64,000 bases of DNA from an archaeon (GTDB taxonomy: Archaea > Iainarchaeota > Iainarchaeia > Iainarchaeales > DTGL01): the NCBI GenBank assembly GCA_029258755.1, contig JAPDKC010000010.1, forward strand, positions 12,534-76,533, written 5' to 3'. Below the pieces are notes generated by a model, which ran no database searches, was not told the DNA's origin, and worked only from the letters and a program-made list of their open reading frames with translations. Shown here piece after piece: positions 56,365 to 64,000 of the stretch. Made by a program: the position numbers and the translations under genes. Every line of letters starts with the position of its first letter. Position 1 is the stretch's first letter.

Positions 56365-57750
56365 CTAGCGAAGTTTGAGATATTCCATCTTTTTAAAGCC
56401 AAAAGCTTTTGCCACTATAACGAATGGGAAGAGCTCTATAAAAGTATTGTATTTAAGCACGGTTTTATTGTAAAAGCTCCTAAAGTATGCTATATTTTTC
56501 TCTATGACAGCTAAGCGAGTTGCAAACTCAAGGAAAAGCTTGCTTGCTTTTAGCTTAGGATACTGCTCAACCTTTGCAATAAGCTTAACGAGCTCCTTTT
56601 CTTTCTGGTCGTATTCTCTAATTTGTTCTAAAATGCCTAGCTTTTTAGTGGTTCTTAAAGCAGTGAGTCTTTTGAGAACCAGTTGTTCATAATTGGCATA
56701 GCCTTTTACCACGTTAGCGAGCATTGGAATTAGATTGTTTCTTTTCTTGAGTTCTATTGAGATTTGATGCAAGGCATTTTTGCATCTGTTTTGCAGCTCA
56801 ACCATTCTGTTGTAAGTACCATAAACCATCCTAGCAAGAACAAGCAAAAGAGGAATAAAGAGCAAGGATAAAGGAAGTCCGATAGAATAGTGAGCAAACA
56901 AAAAAAGCGCAACTAAACCCAACATCAGCAAAAAATTTGACGTATAGAAGAAATTATCCCCTTTTGCAAAATCTTCCAAATAAGCTTCCTTTTTCTTTCG
57001 GCTTATTATTAACGGCGTACTTGCATGCTCCGCAAGGTACTTTTTTCCATCTTCTTCAAACACATAGCCGTTGACAAAAACATCAATGCCTTCAGGCAAA
57101 ATATACTCAGAAACCCTAACGTTAGAATAAAGTCTTAATCCCAAAATTTTTGGTCCTGGTAAGCGCTTGCGATAACAAAGCTTAACAGCATCTATTTCGC
57201 TATTATCATAATCAGGATATTTGTCCCTCAAAGCTCCTTCTACAGCATATCCACTCAGATCAGAGTCAACATTGCGTAGGTTTATAAGAATCTCGCCAGA
57301 ATCATCAACAACTTTAAAAGGTACATAGCACGCTTTATTTTCAACAACAACCCACGAGCCAGATTTGCCGTGCTGTCTATATTCTTCTTTAATATAATGA
57401 TAAAAAACACAGGGCTTTTTTTCTAAAGGACTTACGAGAAGCTTGCCATCAACAGATTTTATCTTCCCATAAACCTGTGCTACCGTACCAGGCGTACAAT
57501 ACTTTACTGGAATTATCGGCTGCCTTGCGATCTTATAGATAAGCATATCTGTACTTGCCCACACACGCGAATAATGGAAGGTTCCGCCTATGAAAACAAT
57601 TCCGAGAATTAAAAATATATAACCTAAAATCCCTCCTGGGAGCGTTATGCCTGGGTAAAAAACAAAAGATATAATGAGTATAAGAAATGAGGAGAAGATC
57701 ATAGTAGCTAATGCTTTTGAGAAGCTTAATCTTTCCACCATGCATGCCAC
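56365..57750 (-). CDS. Membrane protein: GIDE-like domain fused to C-terminal LemA domain
   Basis: SPLEKKPCVFY.Y..EE, W......VPF.V.DDSG, RVSE..L; then YNRMV.L, I..ELK.R..LIP, E.YP.LKA, IE..IA..R..YN..V..YN..I..FP. Confidence 0.85.
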   Translation of the reverse strand: MACMVERLSFSKALATMIFSSFLILIISFVFYPGITLPGGILGYIFLILGIVFIGGTFHYSRVWASTDMLIYKIARQPIIPVKYCTPGTVAQVYGKIKSVDGKLLVSPLEKKPCVFYHYIKEEYRQHGKSGSWVVVENKACYVPFKVVDDSGEILINLRNVDSDLSGYAVEGALRDKYPDYDNSEIDAVKLCYRKRLPGPKILGLRLYSNVRVSEYILPEGIDVFVNGYVFEEDGKKYLAEHASTPLIISRKKKEAYLEDFAKGDNFFYTSNFLLMLGLVALFLFAHYSIGLPLSLLFIPLLLVLARMVYGTYNRMVELQNRCKNALHQISIELKKRNNLIPMLANVVKGYANYEQLVLKRLTALRTTKKLGILEQIREYDQKEKELVKLIAKVEQYPKLKASKLFLEFATRLAVIEKNIAYFRSFYNKTVLKYNTFIELFPFVIVAKAFGFKKMEYLKLR

Positions 57751-57764
57751 TTTCTATGAGCCTT

Positions 57765-58652
57765 TTAAGGAAGCCTACATTTCTTCATAAAATCTAAAGG
57801 GTGCGTTATAATACAAGGCAGATCATCCATCAAAAGAAGTTTTACATAGCCAAGCTTTGGTATTGCAAATATCACCTTGCCCTGAAGCTCTTCTATTGGA
57901 ATTGCTCCGCTAGCCAAACCAGCTTCTTGATCTATAAGGGGGTTGTAAACGGAATCTCCTTTAGTCAGAACAAAAGCGCCATCTTTAGCATACAGCTTTA
58001 CAACAACCCTATGAATAACTGGTATGCCTAAAGTATCAGAATTGTATACAACGATATCGTTTTCTTTACTTATATCTACACATCTATCTGCTGAAGGAAA
58101 GCATATCTGCTTACTTCGAAGCTTTGAGTAGGGAAGCATTCCTGCCTGCATGTATGGGATTAGTTCTCTGCATTCGAATGTCTTATCGCTTCCTTTCAGC
58201 TCGCAGTAGGTTATTGCATAATCGTAAAGATTCTTACTGCCTATTGCTACAGGCAGATTTACACTTGGAGCATTAAGCGATTCTGCATCTACGCCCTGCA
58301 ATATCATTATATCTCCTCTATAAAAGGTTGGCTCCATAGAGCCGCTCATAACAACAACTGCAGGCGAAGCTGTGCCTAAAATAAATCCTGCAATAGTATA
58401 AATGAGCCATGCGGTAATAAAAGCGGTAAGTAAATAGATGGGCCAAGCCACAAGCTTATTATCTTGCTGCCCGATGCGCAAAAGCAAAATATCGGCATAA
58501 GTGAAAGGGTCCAGCCAACGCATCTTTTCTTTTGCTTTTTTTAGCATACCTCCAAACGCGCTATGCTTTTGTCTTCCGGGCCTTAGCTTATCTCTCTTTC
58601 CCACAAAAACACCATAGGAAAAAGTAATTAAAGAGATTCCGCTCTCAAGCAC
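57765..58652 (-). CDS. Signal peptidase I (Sec11-type) with Cys-containing insert; start uncertain
   Basis: VVVMSGSMEP..RGD, VIHRV, TKGD, IPKLGY. Confidence 0.88.
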   Translation of the reverse strand: MLESGISLITFSYGVFVGKRDKLRPGRQKHSAFGGMLKKAKEKMRWLDPFTYADILLLRIGQQDNKLVAWPIYLLTAFITAWLIYTIAGFILGTASPAVVVMSGSMEPTFYRGDIMILQGVDAESLNAPSVNLPVAIGSKNLYDYAITYCELKGSDKTFECRELIPYMQAGMLPYSKLRSKQICFPSADRCVDISKENDIVVYNSDTLGIPVIHRVVVKLYAKDGAFVLTKGDSVYNPLIDQEAGLASGAIPIEELQGKVIFAIPKLGYVKLLLMDDLPCIITHPLDFMKKCRLP

Positions 58653-58668
58653 TTTTTAAAAATGCCTA

Positions 58669-58872
58669 CTAAGCTACTGTCTTCTTTGTTTGCAGTATTG
58701 GTTTTATTATATTTAACGCGTTTTCACTTGCATTTAATATTTCAATCTCTATGGGTTTTCCATCTTTGTTGTAATGTGTTATAATGTCGCCCGCTTGCTC
58801 ACCAAAATCTGGTTTTTCATCCGAGAGTGTTATTATAAGAATGTCTGTCTCCTTATCATACTTAAATTTCAT
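58669..58872 (-). CDS. DUF2283 family protein (putative antitoxin)
   Basis: KYDKETDILII, DG..I.IEILNAS. Confidence 0.85.
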   Translation of the reverse strand: MKFKYDKETDILIITLSDEKPDFGEQAGDIITHYNKDGKPIEIEILNASENALNIIKPILQTKKTVA

Positions 58873-59122
58873 ATCTTTCCCTCCTCGCCCTATATACAGT
58901 AATTACAACAACTTCTTTATCTCTTTCCTCAAATATCACTCGCAATACATAACTATTAAGTCTTTTCTGTGCGATCTTCCTACCTGAATGGCCATCAAGC
59001 AAAACATTTAGTTCCTGCAATGCTTGCACAACTTCCCGCTTAGAGATTCCATATATTTTCATTCTTCTTTTCGCATGCTTTGTTATCCTTATTTTAGTAG
59101 CTGGCACAATGAACAAATGCAA
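58862..59122 (-). CDS. DUF4258 family protein (RelE-like putative toxin)
   Basis: ITKHAKRRM...GIS..EV, LRVIFE, VVITVY; overlaps DUF2283 gene. Confidence 0.82.
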   Translation of the reverse strand: MHLFIVPATKIRITKHAKRRMKIYGISKREVVQALQELNVLLDGHSGRKIAQKRLNSYVLRVIFEERDKEVVVITVYRARRERYEI

Positions 59123-59145
59123 GAAAATTCTTAAAATAAGTGGGA

Positions 59146-59730
59146 TTAAGGCGTTGTGCTTCTGCCAAGAGTTATTGCACTAGCGATCAGGTGTGCCATT
59201 CTTACAGGTTCTGGTAGATTTGAGTGAATGGAAAATTTCTTTATAAGTGCTTTTGCTTCGCTAGCTTCTATGCCTGCACATTGGAAGAATATATGCTCCG
59301 CTTTATAAATCCTTCCAGCTTTTTTAATGAGCTCTTTTCTTAGATCCTTATCGGCAAAGCGTTCTAACGCTTTAAATATCTTCTCCATCTTGGGCATTTT
59401 TCGAAACACCACTATTACAGGCATCTCTAAAGCATTGCTTAAAGCATTTATATCCACAATGTTAAAGCCCGCAAAATTAATGCCATCCAGAAATACTACG
59501 CTTGCCTGCTTAATGAATTTTGAATCGTCTTTTTTCAGCATATTGAGTATGCGAGCTGTTGCATCAAGTGCATCAACCTCTATTTCGCTGCAGAGTATGC
59601 CTTCTAAACGACAATCAGCACGCAATAAAACAGCCACAAGCTTTGTTTTGCCCTTTCTCTTAGGCCTAAAATAACCATCATCTATGCCTATCGCACGGAT
59701 ATTTTCCTTTATATAGGACAAAACTATCAC
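59146..59730 (-). CDS. DUF99 family (endonuclease V-like, 'endonuclease dU')
   Basis: AIGIDDG, VD.LDAT, LDGINFAGFNIVD, PEPVRMAHLIA. Confidence 0.9.
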   Translation of the reverse strand: MIVLSYIKENIRAIGIDDGYFRPKRKGKTKLVAVLLRADCRLEGILCSEIEVDALDATARILNMLKKDDSKFIKQASVVFLDGINFAGFNIVDINALSNALEMPVIVVFRKMPKMEKIFKALERFADKDLRKELIKKAGRIYKAEHIFFQCAGIEASEAKALIKKFSIHSNLPEPVRMAHLIASAITLGRSTTP

Positions 59731-60002
59731 TTAAATGCTTCTTTAACCTTCTTCTTAAAATCTTCAAGATCTGCTATAATCTCCTTATTTACCTCAAGAA
59801 GCACTTTGGCTGGTTTTGCCCCTTTGGTTTTGAGAATGAATAAAGCATCCTTATCGAAAGGATGATTTAACTTATAGGACGCATACTCGACCTCTGGATG
59901 CTTAAGCAAATAATGCTTCAGCAGCTGAGCGAATGTATGTCTTTCGCCAATTAATTTGAATTCAACCATATTTTTTTCAGCACTCAAAACCTCTATTTGC
60001 AT
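59727..60002 (-). CDS. rpoL: RNA polymerase subunit L (Rpo11)
   Basis: GERHT...L...L...V..ASY...HP; follows csl4. Confidence 0.93.
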   Translation of the reverse strand: MQIEVLSAEKNMVEFKLIGERHTFAQLLKHYLLKHPEVEYASYKLNHPFDKDALFILKTKGAKPAKVLLEVNKEIIADLEDFKKKVKEAFK

Positions 60003-60029
60003 GCAAACACCTCTCAACATTAAAGGGAA

Positions 60030-60590
60030 TCAAACCTTTAAAATGTATTCCGCACTTAGCTTGCGTTTCTCAACGCTTCCACAGCGCTTACACATAAGCT
60101 TTTGGTTTGTTAGGTACAGCGGTGCTCTGCAAACAGAGCAGTAAGCTTTTATTACGCCAAGCGAGGGCTTATTAGTGCGCAAATAAACGCCATAGGGCTT
60201 TATGGATTCTACCTCTGCGATTATAAAATCGCCTACCTTAAATTCCTCGTTTAAGTCCTTTATGAATCTTTCATCAACGTTTGATATGAAGAGTGTTGCA
60301 AAGAATTGTGTAAGTATGCGTTTTTCAGGACCTAAGCGCGCTTCTATAAGCTTAACAAGCACTCTCGATTTTCTAACAGCAAGCACTTGGGCTATTACCT
60401 TGCATCCCTCAGTAAAAGGCTTTGCTGTTTTCTCTGCAAGCACGCTTATCTCATGCTTTGCTTTATCATACTCTGCCCTGCCCAAAACGCTGGCATATAT
60501 CCTCTCGTTTTCCTCAAATGTATTTTCGCTAGCTGCATATTCTTCCGCTATCGCTAATTCCTCCCCTGGAATCACAACCTTCTTCCGCAT
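60030..60590 (-). CDS. csl4: Exosome subunit Csl4
   Basis: VIPGEEL...EEY, FKVGD.I.A.V, LGVIKAYCSVCR..L..CKRCG.VE.RKLS. Confidence 0.93.
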   Translation of the reverse strand: MRKKVVIPGEELAIAEEYAASENTFEENERIYASVLGRAEYDKAKHEISVLAEKTAKPFTEGCKVIAQVLAVRKSRVLVKLIEARLGPEKRILTQFFATLFISNVDERFIKDLNEEFKVGDFIIAEVESIKPYGVYLRTNKPSLGVIKAYCSVCRAPLYLTNQKLMCKRCGSVEKRKLSAEYILKV

Positions 60591-60689
60591 AGCATCGCCA
60601 AAAGCGTTTAAAAAGCAGTAGCACTAATTTATTTTTTAGACCTAAGAAATTAAATATTGCAAAGTTATTTAATAGTTGTTGGTGCCAGC

Positions 60690-61628
60690 ATGGTTTTGGA
60701 ATCGCTCGTAAGCGAAGCTCAGGCAATAAAAAAGCCCCAAATAATGCTATTTCTCGGCTTTGTGTTTAGCTGTGTTTCCATGTGGGTTGTTAGCTTTTTC
60801 TTTCAAACAAACGTAAGCTTTCTTGCGATAGCATTCATAACCATAGCTTCCGCGCCTATAATCCACGGCATATTTATAAGGGAGGAGGAAAGCGAAGCAG
60901 CAATACCTTTGATGAGCAAAAGCTTTATCGAGAGAAACTTTGAGCTTATAAGCGTTTATGCTTGCTTTACTTTGGGGGTCATAATAAGCTATGCTCTTAT
61001 GTATGTTGTAATGCCTGCTGAACAAACAAAGTTTTGTATTAGCGTAGCATGCATAGATGTGCCTGCAAAACAAAAATTGTTTGCAGAGCAGGAAAACACG
61101 CTAGCGTATATAGCAAAGGTGGCAAAAGGCAAAACCGCAAAGGTTGTTGAGCTAACGCCTGCAAAGCTCAATGAGTTCTTCTATTGGTTTGAGCTTATAT
61201 TAGTAAACAATGCTAATGTTTTGTTTATAGCCGTGCTTTTTTCCTTCCTATTCGGAGCTGGCGCTATCTTTCTGATATCGTGGAATGCAAGCGTTGTCGG
61301 GGTTTGGATAGGTAAAAGCATACTTGCATCAGATCACCTAAAGTTTTTGGGCCTTCTTCCGCACGGCATACCTGAATTTATAGGATATTTTTTAGGGGCG
61401 ATCTCAGGCGGTCTTATATCAGTGGCAATAAGTAAAAGGAGGCATTTCACACACGAAATCGAGCGTATAGCAGCTGATTCATTTCTGTTGCTTGCAGCAG
61501 CTTTTATTTCCCTAATATTTGGAGCTGCTATAGAAGCAAGCGCAAAAACTGGCTTAACATCGCTAGGACTTACAATTTCTATTTTTTACATTGCAATCCT
61601 CGGTGCATTAGCAATAAAAATCGAATAA
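60690..61628 (+). CDS. SpoIIM-family membrane protein
   Basis: ILVNN..V, WNASVVG, LPHGIPE, AAIEA; multiple TMs. Confidence 0.85.
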   Translation: MVLESLVSEAQAIKKPQIMLFLGFVFSCVSMWVVSFFFQTNVSFLAIAFITIASAPIIHGIFIREEESEAAIPLMSKSFIERNFELISVYACFTLGVIISYALMYVVMPAEQTKFCISVACIDVPAKQKLFAEQENTLAYIAKVAKGKTAKVVELTPAKLNEFFYWFELILVNNANVLFIAVLFSFLFGAGAIFLISWNASVVGVWIGKSILASDHLKFLGLLPHGIPEFIGYFLGAISGGLISVAISKRRHFTHEIERIAADSFLLLAAAFISLIFGAAIEASAKTGLTSLGLTISIFYIAILGALAIKIE

Positions 61629-62609
61629 CTACTTGGTGCTTTTAGCTTCTTTGCCAGAGCTTATATCTAGGGCTTTCTTTATTAAAGGAAGCAGCTTTTC
61701 TATCTCGCTTGATGAAAGCCGCTCACTTAAGGATTGTGCCAAAGAAGTAAATGGAAGTGGGAATATTATCTTAGTGCTTTTGCCGTCCGACATCTTTTCG
61801 AGAGCTTTTATATAGTAATAGTTTAGCGCTCTATCGCTTAAATCGCCAGCGGCTTCTTTGACAGCGTTTATCTCTATCTTCTGCGCTTCCGCACGCTCTA
61901 AGCGAGCAAGCTTTTCTTGAACAGCTGCTTTTTGTCTGTGCATAGCATTAAGCACGACTTCTGGCAGATCAACATCCTTTATCTGTACTGCGGTAACATG
62001 CAAACCCCATTTCTCAGCAACAGGAGCTAAATGAGCATAAAGCTGCTCGTTTATCTTATCTATATTTGCTATAACTTCTTCCGCTGTCATTCCGCCAACT
62101 ATGTCACGAAGCAAAGAAACAACAAAGGTTTTTGATGCCTCTTCAAAGTTTTCGACCTCAAGCACCGAACGGGCAACGCTTTCTTCATCCTTCTTAACTC
62201 TTAAATAAATCACGGCATCTATCTTAAGCTGTATCGAATCCTTTGTAATAACGTCCTGCTTCTCAACATCGAGCGTTTTTACCCTTAAGTCAACTTTAGT
62301 GTATGACTCTATGAAAGGTAGCACTATGGTCCAACCAGGGCCACCTATGCGATTGAATTTTCCAAACCTAAAAATAACGGCTCGCTCATAGTCCTTAAGC
62401 TTTATAAGTACTGGTGTTTTAGATGCGCGCAAAATAAAAACAAAAAAAGCAATCAATGCGATAAACCAAAATATTTCGCTTAGAAGCAGCGCTACAACTA
62501 GCTCGCGGTATAGGTACAGAAGAAAAAGAGCTCCTATTATAAGAAGCAAAACCTCTGCAGAGGGTTTCTTGAATTTTTTCTTTATTTCCTCATATAGCAT
62601 TAGGTTCAC
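61629..62609 (-). CDS. SPFH/band-7 (stomatin-like) protein
   Basis: YERAVIFRFG, PG...P.IE...VDLR, VITKD, LR.IVG, WG..V..V.IKD. Confidence 0.92.
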   Translation of the reverse strand: MNLMLYEEIKKKFKKPSAEVLLLIIGALFLLYLYRELVVALLLSEIFWFIALIAFFVFILRASKTPVLIKLKDYERAVIFRFGKFNRIGGPGWTIVLPFIESYTKVDLRVKTLDVEKQDVITKDSIQLKIDAVIYLRVKKDEESVARSVLEVENFEEASKTFVVSLLRDIVGGMTAEEVIANIDKINEQLYAHLAPVAEKWGLHVTAVQIKDVDLPEVVLNAMHRQKAAVQEKLARLERAEAQKIEINAVKEAAGDLSDRALNYYYIKALEKMSDGKSTKIIFPLPFTSLAQSLSERLSSSEIEKLLPLIKKALDISSGKEAKSTK

Positions 62610-62711
62610 TCTTAGGCGTAGAAATAAATATATGTGCCAACCATAAATATATGGGCGTATGAAAGTTTAAATAATTAACCAGAGCAAATTAATTAGTTAA
62701 AAGTGGTAGGA

Positions 62712-63974
62712 ATGCGGAAAGAAGCCAAAAGGAGCGGAAATAAGCAAAGGGTTACGCTCATCGTTTGCGTTGATAGAGACAACGATCTCGGAAGAAAAGC
62801 TAAGATTGAAGGACCCATAATAGGCAGAGATAAAAATATTAAAGCTGCAGAAAAACTTGCTTTAGCGGATCCTACAGAAAGCGACGCCAACTGCCTCTTT
62901 GCCGCTGTGAAAAAGTACGATGAGCTCAAAGACAGGATTCAAAACCTTGAGATTGTTACGCTAACGGGCCATGGAAAAGCTGGTTTTAAATCAGACCAGA
63001 AGATAAACGAACAGCTAGATATGCTAGAAAAGAAGTACAAAATAGACGGTTTTATTTTAGTTACTGACGGTGCTGAAGACGATCAAGTATTGCCTATACT
63101 TCAATCCAGAGCCAAGATACTGTCTAAGGAGGTTATTATTGTTAGGCAAGCAAAGCCTGTTGAGTCAATGTATTACACCATTCGAGATGCTTTAAAAGAC
63201 CCTTATCTTGCTAGAATTGTCTTTGGCATTCCGGGAGCCATAGCGCTTTTCTATGCTTTAACTCAGCTCTTTAATATGCAGAGCCTCTTTATTCAAGGAA
63301 TCTCTTTCATAGTTGGGTTTTATTTGCTTATGAAGGGTCTCGGGATAGAGCTGAAGATGCACGCTGCTTACGAAAAAACGCTAAGCATGATCTCGCCACA
63401 AAGAGCATCTTTTCCGATATACGTTGGCTCTATGTTCCTTCTCATCTTTGGTCTTTATACTGGCTTTCAGAATGCGTTCTTTGGCGCTGCGGAGCAAAAC
63501 GCATTAACCACTTATATAAGGGCTTTGCAATCAACCTACTTATTCATTGCTATGGCTGCTATCCTAGTATTTGTCGGTAGGATTGCTGATTCACTGCAGA
63601 TAAAGAAAGCCATTCTGTTAAGGAAGTACGCTCTCTATGCTATCTCAACGCTTACTATATGGATAATACTTGATTCAGCAACACTTGTTTTCTTAAGGGA
63701 AGCAGACCTAAACTTCTTCCTCTTCTCAGTACTTATTTCATTTGCCATACTGCTCATCGCATTTAAGATCTTTGATGCTTTGGATATAACAAGGAAGGCA
63801 ACTAAGCTCCTCATAGGATTACCTGTGTACAGTGCAAGTGGTCAATGGCTTGGAAAAGTAGTTGCTATAGACAGGCATAAAAATCTCATAATGTTTTCAA
63901 AGGACAATACTGAGGATGTGAATAAAGAAAGTAAATTCAAGCTTGTTGGAAACAGGGTTGTTATAGCAAGCTAA
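62712..63974 (+). CDS. DUF373 family membrane protein with C-terminal PRC-barrel-like segment
   Basis: CVDRDNDLG.K, DP.ESD.N, VTDGAEDD, RQ...VES.YY; C-terminal LIGLPVYSASGQWLGKV. Confidence 0.88.
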   Translation: MRKEAKRSGNKQRVTLIVCVDRDNDLGRKAKIEGPIIGRDKNIKAAEKLALADPTESDANCLFAAVKKYDELKDRIQNLEIVTLTGHGKAGFKSDQKINEQLDMLEKKYKIDGFILVTDGAEDDQVLPILQSRAKILSKEVIIVRQAKPVESMYYTIRDALKDPYLARIVFGIPGAIALFYALTQLFNMQSLFIQGISFIVGFYLLMKGLGIELKMHAAYEKTLSMISPQRASFPIYVGSMFLLIFGLYTGFQNAFFGAAEQNALTTYIRALQSTYLFIAMAAILVFVGRIADSLQIKKAILLRKYALYAISTLTIWIILDSATLVFLREADLNFFLFSVLISFAILLIAFKIFDALDITRKATKLLIGLPVYSASGQWLGKVVAIDRHKNLIMFSKDNTEDVNKESKFKLVGNRVVIAS

Positions 63975-64000
63975 GCTACCGCTTTACTAATAACGCCTTT

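Noticed and set aside
1-64000. Frequent AAGCTT/AGCT words and many antisense ORFs of 60-200 aa
   Set aside because: Explained by codon usage (AAG-CTT, GAG-CTT, GCT) in K/E/L/A-rich genes; the antisense ORFs are shadows of well-supported genes

Overview
A gene-dense, AT-rich archaeal chromosome segment made up mostly of core housekeeping genes. It contains the exosome/proteasome superoperon (Pop5-PsmA-SBDS-Rrp4-Rrp41-Rrp42-L37ae-RpoP-Pcc1-prefoldin beta-DHH), the aIF2beta/aIF1A/RIO1/Pno1/TopoVI cluster and the replication-translation cluster (RPA-PCNA-PCNA-PriL-PriS-GINS-S27e-aIF2alpha-PAC2). It also carries Csl4-RpoL, aRF1-TruD, a 1010-aa S-layer gene, acs, ppsA and three tRNAs (Arg-CCT and Ser-GGA with introns, Cys-GCA). 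The compact layout, eroded operons and separate PriS/PriL suggest a DPANN cluster-1 archaeon such as Iainarchaeota/Micrarchaeota; this is inference, not demonstrated. Most notable observations: (1) an apparently intact, sensor-less, I-site-less GGDEF diguanylate cyclase with a very basic N-terminus in an archaeal context; (2) two tandem PCNA paralogs, one with an altered C-terminal partner-binding motif, together with several repair enzymes ending in PIP-like boxes, including a radical-SAM/HhH DNA enzyme; (3) a duplicated tRNA-Ser 3' end enclosing a ~55-60-bp hairpin-containing micro-insert; (4) a ThiI with a degenerate catalytic motif; (5) a PEP synthase with a ~140-aa coiled-coil insert; (6) several K/R-rich orphan proteins. 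No CRISPR array, rRNA, integrase or transposase was seen. All family calls come from motif recognition by eye; no searches were run.
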